A stretch of DNA of 64,000 nt. It comes from Catajapyx aquilonaris. Taxonomy: Eukaryota. The translations under genes were made by a program, and so were the position numbers. The stretch covers positions 62,001-126,000 of the forward strand of contig KZ538032.1 of assembly GCA_000934665.2 (NCBI GenBank), in the 5' to 3' direction. Below are positions 1 to 13,051 of this stretch, piece by piece; the stretch's first letter is position 1, and each line of letters starts with the position of its first letter. The notes below the pieces were generated by a model. That model was not told where the DNA came from, searched no databases, and saw nothing but the letters and a program-made list of their open reading frames with translations.

Positions 1-2819
1 TGTCGGTCATAGGATTACAGATTGTCATTACTCGTCGCACTAATTTTCTTAGCACAGAATTAGCCCACTTGGGTTTTTCCGCAGTCTAAAACCCGAATTC
101 CACGTACAGCATTGCACATACCACGTTTAACTCATTACATCGCATTAGGCGTTCAATCAAAGTAATAACTCATGTAAGTAGGCTGGATATGAAACAAACC
201 TAACTAATCAAAAGCAAAATTAATGGCACTTGATGTAAACCCATATTGAAACGTATGACCTTGTGGCTTATAGCCTGATGCCATAATATGCTCCACGTGT
301 ATTGAGTTACCGTACTCCATCCAATAGCCTGTCCCATGAGTCTTTTTTTTTAAAACCCTTCAACGGGATCGTAGTTAGCATAGTTTTGAATGGAGTCGCT
401 CAATATTATCCTACCATGTCAACACTTTTATGCGAAATGGGTGAGCAATCCCGGCGAAAAGGTAAGCTTGTGAATTCCTTCAGGCGATCACATTATAATT
501 CCACTCGGCGCGCAATTCCGTCAGAAATTCATCATCTTGCGAATGTCTGGTTGGCTGCAATTATCCTGTGCGTAGAAATAATTATTTCGTCGACAATGGA
601 GGAGCTTTCAAGACCTCTCGAGTTTCATCATCGCTGTTAATATCGATCAACGTCAATGACGACATGCGACGGGTTATATGCTGTATATTGTTGAGGAAAT
701 CGCCCCAGACATATTTTGCACTGGATATCTCACATTGAACGTGTTGAACATGTATCAACCAACCTTTGAGCCACTGCTTAAGGCTGGTGGCTTCAACTAA
801 TTAAACCAGTCGTTATTGATTCGGAAACTGGGTATGGTCTGCATACAATAGCCTGAACCCGGTTTACATCCGATTGCATCCCCTGTTATTATGTGGTCCT
901 GGTACATTCAAAACACAATAACTTCCTATATATGATTGGAGGGAGAGAAAAGGGAGATTGAGTGGTTTTGCTTTTCTATGTGCAGGTCGGGTCAAGTTGG
1001 TCATTACTGTACTCGCCTCTCTCGGGACGAAGATCAAAGGTGTTCCATTGATGATGAAGTGCAGCAGAGAACTGGAGGACTTTAACTGGGAAGGTTATGC
1101 AGCAACTTGGGGATATGTGAGCCGTACATTGGAGTACTTGGAATTTCAGCGGCTTCCATTAGAGGAGCTGAATTGGAAACGTGGAATGAGGGGATTCCAT
1201 GTACTCTGATGTCACTTTCTGGCTTCACTGCTGGTCCAATCAGGTTTATTTAAAGACATTCGTCGCCACTGTAGCAACAATTTCAGAAATACTTAGAGTG
1301 TGTTAAAGAGACAATATACGCAATGGAAATGAAAGACGTGCCATATAATCTGTGCTTGTCGGCGCCAAATCCGTGTATTATCGTAGGTATTAAGTGTTCA
1401 GTCTCTTAGTGACGCCTGTAACTCTAACCCTGGATTCTTCTTACTTGAAGATACTCTCTTTCTTTCACCCATAAGGACAACCTGATTGAGAGATACGTAT
1501 GAACTAGAAATGTAGTGGCATGGGAGAGTACCTCAGGGAACATCAATATATTATTGTCGTTACTACTACAGTATAATTATGCTCTGCCTTAAGGATATTT
1601 AGCACGGAAAGTCAGGGTTGACTCCGAGTTGAGATGGGGGTTAATCCCCTGATCGTATACATAATATCAGTTCATCCCTATGTCGCTGAGGTCGAGAAGG
1701 ACTTGGAGTCAACCCTGGTCAGGAAGCAGGGTTGACTCTGCCTGCCGTGGTTAAGAGCGTTCAAATATGGCGGGCAGAATCGAGTTGGAATAAGTTGGAA
1801 TAAGTGTTTTGGAGCTTCCGGAGGAAGTCGAGGCTGGGTGACCAGACATGGTATACGACTTCGTAGTGATCCTGGGTCTGCGGAACAGAAGACACGACGA
1901 ATATGGTAGATGATGTTTCTTTCCGGAAAAAAGCAAGATCCGGTTCTGGGCAGTCGAGCCGAGTAACGCCGAGTGCATACGTATCCGACCCTATACCCCG
2001 CTGGGTGCAATCCTGACACTTCTTCCACCCGGGTTACTCCACCCACGATTAGTAAAATCGTTATGTTTGCAAGCCTTGTTTGCGAATACAATAGTTGCCT
2101 TATTGTTTCCCAAATATGCCTACAGTATACTGCACAGTATAGTTCAACGTATTGCATTTTGACAAAAGTGTGCCCGCAAAGCAACATTGGTTTAATTACT
2201 GAAGGTACTGCACTGCTCAACTACGTATTGGGTAACAATAAACCATACAAATAATAACAACAAAGGAAGACCCGGGGTTTAGACAAAAGCTTTAGTGGCG
2301 AAACTGGACATAACAGTTTGGCAAGCAATAGTTCTACTGTAGGGCTAAAAAATTTATTCTAAATAACTATCTGTTACACTACTTACTGTATATACAAGTT
2401 AATCGTGATGAAAAACCAAGCGTAGGCCTCTACTTAAGCCATGTTGAACCTATGTGTAATTGAATGCTGCTGACTCGCGTTAAAAAGTGGAAAAGATAGA
2501 TTCCATAATATAATTTTTCAATGGCCATGTTGCACGCTGCTTTTAAACTATTGCTCTATTGCTTTGTTATTTTTGTAAGCCAAGCACTGTAAAGAGGAAT
2601 GAATGTCATGTTATGTTAATTTTATACTTAAGCCGTCGAAACAGCAGATTGCTTTTATTACATTGCATTGTGCTCATAGAGCTTTGCACAGTGCATTTGC
2701 ATAAGCCATTCTCGTTGGCCACTTGACCCTGATCAGCTAATTTTATGCAGTATGGTGCTATAAGGGTCACCCTCTGCCACTGGGTGTTTCAGGATCATGT
2801 GACCAATAAGAGTGCCAGT

Positions 2820-2970
2820 CAAGGGGGTAATCACTCGACTGAAAAGTGTACACTGGAGTAACAAATTCAAGGAGTACCAAGGAGTAATAAAGAGTGAGGT
2901 ACATGAGGAGTACCAGCTGGGAGTACCACTTTCAGGTGTACACCGGAATACCGAAGTGGTTACCCCCTTG
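2820..2970. mobile_element. hAT-type MITE (~150 bp)
   Basis: TIR CAAGGGGGTAATCACT / AGTGGTTACCCCCTTG, 8-bp TSD GTGCCAGT, internal GGAGTACC repeats. Confidence 0.9.
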
Positions 2971-3780
2971 GTGCCAGTGGATTGTGAAAAGGTACTGTAG
3001 CCTACTCTGCCTACAGTGGGAATGACCTATAAAGAGGGTGTAACGTAAGGATTCAAACAAACACACCCAGGGTGACCTAATATCCACGACAGAATCGGCT
3101 TGTCACTCAGGTAATTTTATTAGCTTTATTCAACTATTATAAGTGCATCTCCCATAAATTTGTAACAATTTTTTACCCCGACACTTCCATCCCTCGTAGA
3201 CTGCCTGCTACACCTAACATTTTAGATTTAAGAGGCCAAGACTTGCAGCATAACTGCGAGAGTTTTTAACACCGTATATATTTTAGAAGCCCATCATTAT
3301 CTCAGTAACGAGGCTGAGAAGACCAAACTGCATATCTACAAAGCGATCTTTTGGTGCACAGAAGTATGTTCGCCTTAGATGTGTGTCTGAATCACTACGA
3401 AACGCCCTGGATAAAGCACCTTAAGATAACCTTAAGATATGCCATTCAACCTCACTGTTTTTCATACACCAGTATTCTGTCATTGTACCGAAAAACCTCA
3501 CATCTGCACAATGCGACCAGGTCATTTGGGCCAGGTAACTCGAAAGAAAACGCAACCTTATGCAATGTGCAGATATGACTTTTTCCGGAAGGACGGCAGA
3601 ATATATAAACATGTTTTTAAAGTTATGCATGTAGACTATTGTCACGTCCAGTCTACTGTTCAGTTTTACCCAGTCTCATCCAGTCAGACTGTGACTGATG
3701 AAATGCAACACAAACAAAGACATCATATCGGGCACACAAGTCAAAAGCATCCATTTTTTCGGCGACTCTGATTGTCTCAC

Positions 3781-3891
3781 CCGGAAGTCAATGCCCACGG
3801 TGGAGATGAAATTTCCGGAGAGGAAGCGGCCATCTTTGAAGCGGACGAGCAGACATGTCTTTCCCACCCCGGAGTCCCCGATGAGCATCAC
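3781..3891 (-). CDS. Rab26: Rab26/Rab37 canonical P-loop/switch I exon B2 ([37 protein letters not shown])
   Basis: 111-nt phase 0/0 exon with acceptor CAACAG| and donor |GTGAGA. The peptide carries the Rab26 signature ([21 protein letters not shown]). Confidence 0.95.
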
Positions 3892-6800
3892 CTGTTGAGC
3901 GTCCAATATTGTTTTCTCTTGTAATCAATTGAATCCAATCACATCTGATAACCGGTCAAGCTGCAATGTCTGGTCTCATTGACGTACTTATATACAAATT
4001 ATTTTTTAATAATTTTTCATTGTGAGGGTTTCATGCTTCAAATCACAAAGCCCATTGCTAATGAAAAGTATAGGGCTGGCAAATGATCAGAGCGTGCGTT
4101 TCCTAAAATGCTACCTTCTGGATAAACTTGCTTATTATGCCTGAATATTATGATCAGTTCATACAGTAATATAGCATGTGATTGACTGTAGGCTACAGAA
4201 GGAATTTTAGTTATGATGCGTCAATAATAATTTGGGCACGATACATGATGCCACTCTATCCCCGACTGACAGTAATCGTAATGGGAGCTATTGCCATGTG
4301 AAATTAGTAGCAGATGCAGGGCTGTAACATAATATATTTCTGCTGCATAATTTTGCAAACGAGTCACTGCTGCACCACACATGTAATTATTGACAGAAAT
4401 GTAATCTGGCCTAAATAGACTAATGTGATGCAGAAAAGTGACTTTCCTATACAAACTACTCGTACAAAAGAAATGCAAGGTCGAATAAAATGAAATTGAT
4501 CCTGCAATGACATGGTTACGTTCAGGAACGAAATATTAAAATTTCCATGTAACCTACCCATACCAATTTAATGGTTGACATCAGCCTGGCAGGAGAGCCA
4601 GAATATATTCCAAAAGGGACCCCCTGCCAGATCTCTTGAGGCTCAACTTCCATAATCTACGGCCGTTCGAGGTAACTTACGCATGGGATAACCATGGTAA
4701 CGAATCTAAAATGATATTCAAGTAAACAGCAAGTTACCCCTTACAGGAAAGTTGGCTCCACTTTCATGGTTCTTGTACACTTATAACTCTGCGAAAACAA
4801 TCTGATACCAATAGTGCTCATGATGTGCTTCAAAAATACAGTTTCCTGAAGTTACATTACTGTTGCACTTACATAACTTTTACTTGTTTAATTAATAAGA
4901 ACCAAACTTGCCACGATGGCAATAAAAAGCACCAGAAATATATCATGTTACCCTATGCAATTTTATGCACTGATCTTATTTCCCTAAATTCTGAAATATT
5001 CCTACAGACTTTCTGGCCTGCTCGAAAGGACCAGCACACCATGAAAGTAATATAGCCGGAGGGAAAAGTTTCCCGCTGAAGAAAGAATGAACTGGGGTGT
5101 TATCTTACCCGTCACCCTCGAATTAAAAGCCCATTTTGAGTCTGCTGGGAAGACTCCCCTGACCGCGCCATTCTCATCAAATCAAGCGGAAATCGTCTGG
5201 TGTTCCAATTAAGCATGATGAAGGGGCGCATATCGCGTCACAATTACTGCTCAGTGAGGATCCGGTGGCTCAAAATTCTTCATTAACCCCCTCGGCTTTG
5301 ATTTTGGCCAAATTATGATCGGGACCCTCTGCAAGGAGTGTCCAAGATACTCGACCTTTTGCCAAAGATGTGGCTGAATATGTGGTGTTCTTGAGAGGTG
5401 GTTGATATTTGAATGTTTTTAATTATGTTTCGGGTGGATATGCTATAATAATTATTTATTTTAACAAAATAAATGTACTGTACTGTATATCAAAAAAGAT
5501 CTGGTTTAGTACTTCCACTTTACAAAGTGTGAACAAAATCCGAGATACCAAATCTTGTATTGGACCGACGTGGAATGATCCTATAGATCATAGTATAAGC
5601 ATAGCTACATCAAGTTTTGTTTCATGTAGTAGCCCATTGGTTAGATTGGGAAATAGATCGTATTTTCCGGGTGAGTGCCTATGATCATTTATATAGGCAA
5701 TGTTATGGGACCGGTTAATGAGACAGACACGGAGTAAGTGTCAACCCCTAGCTCTTACAACTGCAGGGTCTTTAAAAATAATGATTTTTATAAAGAGCTG
5801 TAGTTAGTGAAAAGATACAGCTTATATTGCTGCTCAAAATGCCAATTCCGGAAAGTTGAGCCTATTCGGTCGATAAAGTTTGCCTTTTCGCCCCTGTTGT
5901 CCTTTTTGTAAGCCTAATGGACCATTGAAATGATGACAGAGTATCTGCGGAAGAGCGGTTCCATTTTCTGAATTCCGTTTCCATGCGCTATCGTCCTAAA
6001 AAGCCGTTACTATACCATGCGATATTGAGCACATGGTTCGGTTACCATCCAATAATTTGCATAGTGCACTAAAATCCTTAGCGTTATGCTATCTTCTGAA
6101 TGTAGTGCTAACATCAGGACAGTAAAGTGTTTTGATAGGGTTGCACATTACTATGGAAATAGGTTAATTATACATGTGCAGCATAATATTTATTTTCAAC
6201 CTACTACAAGTGTAAAAAGTGAGGTTAATAACGGATCGGGACTCTACCTGTAACAGTTGGTGCCCATAAATTTAGCCATCGTCGGTGCCTGTAAACGGTT
6301 ATGACGCTGACGTAAAATGTGTTTTTTTTTTCTTTTGCAAAAAATCCCGTTTACAATATATTGGCACAGCGTTTTAGGACATTCGCAACTTTCTTTATTT
6401 AAGATTTAATAGCCTCACAGTTAATTTGCCTACTACATTTTCTCACATTATTCTCAAGTAATATAATAGAGACGGTATTTGACATGGCTATATCTATTTC
6501 ATGCAGCGAACGTCTCAAGGCAACTTATTACCATGTTCAGTTAAGAAACATTATCATTAAAAGCTTCATCACATGAACTGAATTCAGTTTTTGCAATATT
6601 CGTAATCATTTCATGAATATTGAACAACCATGATTGCTTTTCATATTTTTGGAGTCTTGGAGAAGCGCTAGACTCTTCTGGCCTCCTCTGCTGTCTGATC
6701 TCATAAAGCGTCGCCAGATCAGCCTGGGGCACACTTGGAGAGAACTGCTATGAGCGAATATTGGCACTTTCACTGCCTTTTTAAACAACTCACTGTAATT

Positions 6801-8325
6801 GAAATCTGAGGCTAAGCAACCCGTAATGAAGGTCTTGAGAACGCAAACGAGCCTTGGTGTAAAAAAATTTTCAAAAGCAAGTTGAAGCAACTACTGGAAA
6901 ATGTGTAGTGAGGTATATATGAGCTCGGTAGCTGTATATGCTCGTTTCTGCCCACCAAAAAACGGGCGTAACCAGATTAGGGGTTGGCCCAATTGAAGGA
7001 TCGCAGCTTCAAAGAGCTCATTCAAATTGCGTTTTACGCTGTAATTGGACAGACTCAGAATTTCGAATGTGGTTTCGCACCTGCGTTGTCACTGTACAGT
7101 ACACAAAAACTATACGGCTGTCTAATTTGCTCAAATCCAATATTCCATATTAATTACGTAGGTGACTATCGACTAGAGCAAAATTCATGTTCGTTCGAGA
7201 GAATTAAAATGCGATCCCCCTTATTTTATTTTAACTATATCCATTAATAGTAATATGAGCAACTATCATGCTATGGCGAATTTGAACACGCATTTTCAGC
7301 ACAGTTTTCAGAATTAATCAGTTGCACTTTCTAAATTCAACTTTTCTGAACTTTGTAGATGTGCCCAAAAGAACTTTAGGTTTATAAATAGCACATTTAA
7401 TTATGCTCATAAGAAGAATAAACCAACGTTTTAATTAGGCACACGAATAACATGGATGCCCTTTAAGAACTGTTTCTGCAGAACCACAGAACAGCACATA
7501 AGCCACACTTGTAATAATTAAAACCCGTGTGGTTCTAAATTATTCATTGTATTTGACTCCTGGCATTGTCGTCACGTTTACAATGCTACATTCAGTTGAT
7601 AGGTTCATACACTATAATACTACTATAGGAAAGGTTGACAGTGGGAAGGAGAGGATGGATAGGATAGAGTGAGGCGTAGGTAGGAGAACAATATAAAATT
7701 TAGGTCGTTAAGGACATACCAGATATCTGAGTAGCAGTAGAAGACTGCGGAGATGTCACATCAGTTGACAAAAAAGTCATTTGATGTACTATATCTCTCA
7801 AAAAGACGAATACGATTTTGTATTTGGTTTCAATGCAAAATCGTCTCTATCTTTTTGAGCGATATAGGAGTGATGTTTACAAAATCGTCAAAATGATACT
7901 GAGACAATATTTAGCAAATTTTTTTTACGGAAAGAGGCAACGCAATAACGAGAATCCGGTGTCTTTTCAAGGCGTACTGAGGCGCATATACTGTATATTT
8001 TTAGAACGTAGGTATATTTAAAATCACCTTAGGTTTTATACACCTATTGGCCCAATACTTTTCATCTGCACTGCTGCATTGCATGACGTAAAATTTGCCC
8101 TGTACAGTGTTCACACACGCGTGTAGTTGTATTACATGTTCCTCATTCACGTGTTTTCGCGGTAAAGCCCACGCACGGTGTTTCCCCCCCAGCATATGTT
8201 CACGTAATAGAACCACCTCTCAAGAGCCACACATTTCAAAACAGTTCCAGACCAGACATGATTATTTTCAGTCCCGATTGTAGAATGCCGACTAGAGAGC
8301 TGATAAGCCCACTATCTGAATTTAC

Positions 8326-8580
8326 CTTCGATATGACGTCATAAGGTTCGGGAGGGGCGGACATGCGACGTGTAGGCGGGTACACAAAGTTTGCGTTGCC
8401 TTTTGTATAAGCTCCAGGAGATGGCGAAGATGGACCCCGGCTTCCAGACCTAGGACTCAGTGGTGGCCTAGGACTCAGTGGTGGTCTAGGACTCAGCGGT
8501 GGCCTAGGACTCGGCGGTGGCTCCAGGCTTTGTCTCCTGCTGCTCACCCCAGAGGATGACCTCCTCAGAGGTCGACTCAT
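8326..8580 (-). CDS. Rab26: Rab26/Rab37-family GTPase, alternative first coding exon B1 (85 aa, MSRPLRRSS...PYDVISK)
   Basis: ATG at 8580 (TAAAATG) with an in-frame TAG upstream. Ends TCG AAG|GTAAAT (phase 0). YDVISK fits the YDxxxK that precedes beta-1 in Rab26/37. An acceptor CCCTTTTTCACCCTCCTCCAG| opens the exon at 8674, giving a 94-nt 5'UTR. Confidence 0.87.
8448..8519 (-). repeat. Coding 18-bp tandem repeat encoding PPPSPR(PPLSPR)3
   Basis: Units of CCTAGGACTCAGTGGTGG repeat about 4 times on the + strand inside exon B1. Confidence 0.9.
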
Positions 8581-9122
8581 TTTATACGGGGTCACCGGAC
8601 ACTAGAGTAAACAATCACCCCACACTGGTTGCCTTTTGGGGCAATGCGGTCTCTAGGTGGTGGCTGACCAACATCTGGAGGAGGGTGAAAAAGGGTCACA
8701 AGATGGTCAGAACAACATGGAAGACTTTGGACACCACCTATCAGTGTGAAGCTCCGAATATAGGTTAGGTGACGGTGCTTGTAATCTCAAGAATCGGAGC
8801 TACGACGCAATAGCACCCCTAATTTAATCCCAGGGGGTCGCACAATTAGGGGGCTTATGAAGTTACCGTTTGCATGGTAATGCGGGTGTGCAGAAAATAC
8901 TCGTACGGTTGTCCGTAATAATGTGGAGATTGTTTAAGGTTTAAGCTGATAGGAAAAGGACTTTCAAGTCTATCACTTCGGGAATATTATTGTGGAAAAA
9001 ATATCTGGCAGTTTTGGTTTGGACCCAAGTTTGATCCTTGGTGATGAAGGATGTACTGTACACCCTACTCTACATCATCGACATGTGGATCTGCGAGGCA
9101 ATTTACAAGTACAGGATATTTA

Positions 9123-9248
9123 GGCCCGGTTTCACCGAGCTCGGTATATGATAAAACCAGGTTTCTTTAGGAAAATCCATACAAATATGTAGGGATTTTC
9201 CGAAAGAACCCTGGTTTTATCATATACCGAGTTCGGTGAAACCGGCCC
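9123..9248. mobile_element. PIF/Harbinger-type palindromic MITE
   Basis: Nearly whole-length inverted repeat GGCCCGGTTTCACCGAGCTCGG...GGTGAAACCGGCCC with TTA TSD. Confidence 0.85.
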
Positions 9249-12200
9249 TTAGTAACTTTACTGAATTAGCAAAACCAAAAAGCCACTTTTAGAATATGAT
9301 AGCCATAAGTAGCATGTTGAAAAATCATCGCCGGATTTATTTTTTGCGAACTACATTTATCAATCTATACATTTTTATCACATCTGTTAATTTTAATATA
9401 ATATGCATTTTGTATCACTGAAGAATTCTTGCACATATTTAGAATATGTATACAGTACGAATTAAATCAGGGAAGAGTTTTAACAACTATAGACATACAC
9501 GCTGACAGATCAAATAACAGTTAATTGCTTCAGAAAAGCTAATCGGTAGTGGCTTTAGAATGTCGCGTGCAATTTCTTCTGGATATGTAAGCCAGGAGTT
9601 ATAAAAATGGATTGTTTGATAATGAAACTTCTGACGGTCATTTTGTTGTTTATACCATACCGGTATATTTTATTGCTTGCTTCCGTTCAAATCTACTCCT
9701 TTGCTTATTACTGAGTCTGATATTTCTGATTCACGAAACAGTCTCATGAGAATCTTGGAAGCCCTTCTTTTCAGCTATGCAAACGAAACGCAATCATGTT
9801 GTTCGAAGATGAGCGCTCAGGTGGATTTCACACTTTTTCGTGAAGGCATTAAGAACGTCAGCTATCCAGTAGGAAAAAGGGTGAAATGAAGCAATTTAGG
9901 AGGGTCGATCTCCAGAAGAGTCGGCCGTTTCCAGAAAGGTGACCCTCGAAGGCCCTTTTATAGGATTCTGATAATGGAGGCAAGTTCCAGGTCTGTCTCC
10001 TAACTGCAGTAGTAAGAGCTTCATTATTAGAACCTCTCCAGAGTCCATTTGTAGACCTTGCGAAATCGTGCACCTACGCTATATACAGGCAGTATATGTG
10101 TAAACCTGTAGTGGTCTATATAAGTGAAAATCTCGAAAACAGACCCTACAGATTCTATTAACTACTTACATTATGTATTTTACTTATATACTGTATGCAT
10201 AGTATACTATAATGGCATAGGCTTAGTTTAGGCATGTCAATGTCCTATAGTAACTTGAAACTATGCGAGTAATATTTCCACTTGTCAAACACCGCTAGAG
10301 GGGAATTTTTTAATATAAAAGGGAAGGGCGAAAAGCATCAGGTGTTACGTGGAATGATTTGTTACCTGAGAGACTTGAAAAGCATTCTCGGCTCGCAAAA
10401 TGACAAAAGAAGTACGGTACAACTGATGCCAGGGTGGCAGGAAATTTCATGGAAACGAGACTTTAATGATTTTCTACCTTAGAGTCTCTTCTACAGCAAT
10501 TAGTTTGCGGCTGTCGACTTCATAAAGCGCCGACGACAACCAGTGACAATATCTTACGCGTGCTGCAACGATTTCAGAGAAGACCTCCGGAGTAGATCTT
10601 AGTATATACCAGTGTACTAATAGAACACCAGCGTCATGGGATTTTTATATCCCCAGTAGGGCCTCTTCTCTGCTCTTTACCTCTTAAGTACGTACACTCC
10701 TAAAAAAAAAACCCTACTCCTCCCTTCCACTCCTACCATGATATCCCTGTTTGTCTACTAGTCCTACAGTGCTATCCCACGGGTACAACTGCCACGGAAA
10801 CTATTTCTACGCACCATCTTCTATACCCCTTTGATTTCCGATTTCCCTTCCAGAATGAACTATTTGGAATACTTTCCCACCACGACATCATCATCAGAAT
10901 CTGTCAACGCAGAAGTCAGAATTGCTAGCAAATCAACAACGAACGTCACTTCAGCGTCCATAGGACCAAAGAGAAATAGATGATTCTGATTCTGTTACAG
11001 GGTTTACCCTGGGCAATAATGGATTTAGCATCGTATTGACTTCCGCTTCTCGAATGTTTTCCTTTCCCGGTCATGGCAAAAAGCAAAGGCCCGGCTTTTT
11101 CATTCGTTTTATGGAAATAAAATCAATTTCCTGGCCCCATTCAAACGCTCTCTATGCTTTTATTTTTCCTACTGCTGAGAGAACACTGTCGCATCGTGCG
11201 AAGTGTAGCCTGCAGCCAATGATATAGCCACTATAGGTCGGAATTAATTTTGGCACTGACTACGCCTATAGACATACAGTATTGTTGCTTCAACACCGGA
11301 CTATCGGACACGTGGCATCTTCAGAAGAGATAGCGGATGATATGGTTTTAAACGGGAATGGAATTACCATAATAGTCCATACTAATTTAGGTGCCTCAGG
11401 GGCAGAAACCTTAGCATGAAATCTGGACCTCACGTCGTTATAGATATAGCCATGTAAAATATGCTCGCCAATTTTATCTACAGGTTATCTTCATATTGCC
11501 GTGTGTAACGCACGACCTTTTCAATACTCACGCTGATTAAACCGCAGTGATTAAATTATGCCTAGATTTTGTGAGAATACCGTAATATAATATTATAGCG
11601 CCAGAAAAAAGCCCCGCTTCGCTGTCGGACCTAATACAAAAGTTTCGAGGATCAGAAACCCGATAGCACGACGTCGAATTGAATGTACAGGCTAACTGGA
11701 TCCCAATATGCGACAAGGGTTAAAAATCACGACACTGTGCCGAAAACCACTTTGGGTTCAGAAAACTTGTGCAGTTAGAGCCAACATCCCTCTCAACCCT
11801 CCAGTGGGACCGAAACTGGGAGATATTTCCTCAGGCTATATTTTGGCTAATAGGGCAGGCACTCAAGTTCAATCCGAGCGGAAATCTAGGTTGTGATGTG
11901 GAGTTGCCGATACTGAAAAGACACTCCGAGTTGCCAGGAAAATACTACAGTAGGTCAGTAATAATCTATGTGAATAATCATAGTTATAGGAAAGATTAGT
12001 CGGGTGTATTGATTAGCTAAAACTTAAACCTGATTCGGTTCCAAGTCTGTCAATCCATAGTTTGCAGAACCTTCATCTATAGACCCAACACATCATACGC
12101 GAGCAGTGATCATTACAACTGTGCAACTGCCACGTATGAACCTGCCAGGTAGTAGTGCATACAGTGTGGGAATAATGCAACTCCACTTGCTGAATATCTG

Positions 12201-12738
12201 ACCAGTTTTTAAAAATTGGCCTAATTGGGAGTTGTCTTGAAGAATTAATGACACTTTACAGACATGAATAATTTTGGCGCTGGCAGTTTGGGCTATACTA
12301 TGCTGCACATCTAGCCCTATTTACAGTGTTAAACTGAAGCTTGGAAGCTCGATTGTGCTTGAAAATGACCGGAAGCGATGTACAGGACTGGGTACAAAAA
12401 GCCAATCTCCGCTCAGTCGACGTCACATCTGGGTACAGACTAAGAGCGCTCACAAACACTTGTACGCGTGTTCATCGCAGATGTACGAAAGTGGGGGATG
12501 AGAGAGATGGGCTTGCTGGGAAGTGAAGGCGGAAATGGGGAAATAGGCAACAATCATTATTTCCCACATCGATTCAGCCGGTAACTATAATCAAAAGCCA
12601 TTGATTGGTTTTCGACCACGCACGTCATCTATTCCACAAAATAACAGCTAGACCGACATTTTGCACACAAAAAAATATAAATGAAAGGAGTATGTGGCAC
12701 TCCCCAACACTTACTTTACATCTCCTCATATCCCGCCC

Positions 12739-12801
<63 letters not shown>
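12739..12801. repeat. (AAT)n microsatellite
   Basis: About 21 perfect units. Confidence 0.95.
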
Positions 12802-12802
<1 letters not shown>

Positions 12803-12916
12803 CTCCTATTATATTAGTCCATCCAGTTAACTTCCGGAAATCCACATAAGCGCTCAACTTCCTGGCAACACATGTACCATATATTGTACGTTCAAAAAAA
12901 ATTATCAAAGACTCAC

Positions 12917-12994
12917 GACAAGTAAACAACAACATGTCCTCACCACCAACGACGAGGAAAAGGATATGTAGAGGCCGAGGGACTACCGCCGACT
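12917..12994 (-). other. Candidate non-coding first exon for module B
   Basis: Inr-like TCAGTC (12996-12991) followed by a consensus donor |GTGAGT at 12916. B1 begins with an acceptor and so needs an upstream exon. An alternative donor |GTAAGC lies at 13037. Confidence 0.3.
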
Positions 12995-13037
12995 GATGTG
13001 ATCATCGGGCACTCTCGCTACAGCACCGTGCGCTTAC

Positions 13038-13051
13038 GTCACCATGGCAAC
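13038..13051. promoter_or_regulatory. RFX X-box motif with overlapping CRE-like site, in the candidate promoter of module B
   Basis: GTCACCATGGCAAC matches GTHNYY-AT-RRNAAC. TTACGTCA at 13034-13041 overlaps it. A minus-strand Inr TCAGTC sits at 12991-12996. Confidence 0.5.

Noticed and set aside
1678..2220. 180-aa minus-strand ORF
   Set aside because: Non-ATG start, no recognisable domain or splice support.
1..3780. Shared downstream Rab exons (NKV..KLQ, IWDTAGQERF)
   Set aside because: I scanned the minus strand by eye. Near hits (AG|NKFLALQ* at ~2358, HIWET at ~2115) do not fit, so the exons probably lie outside the window.
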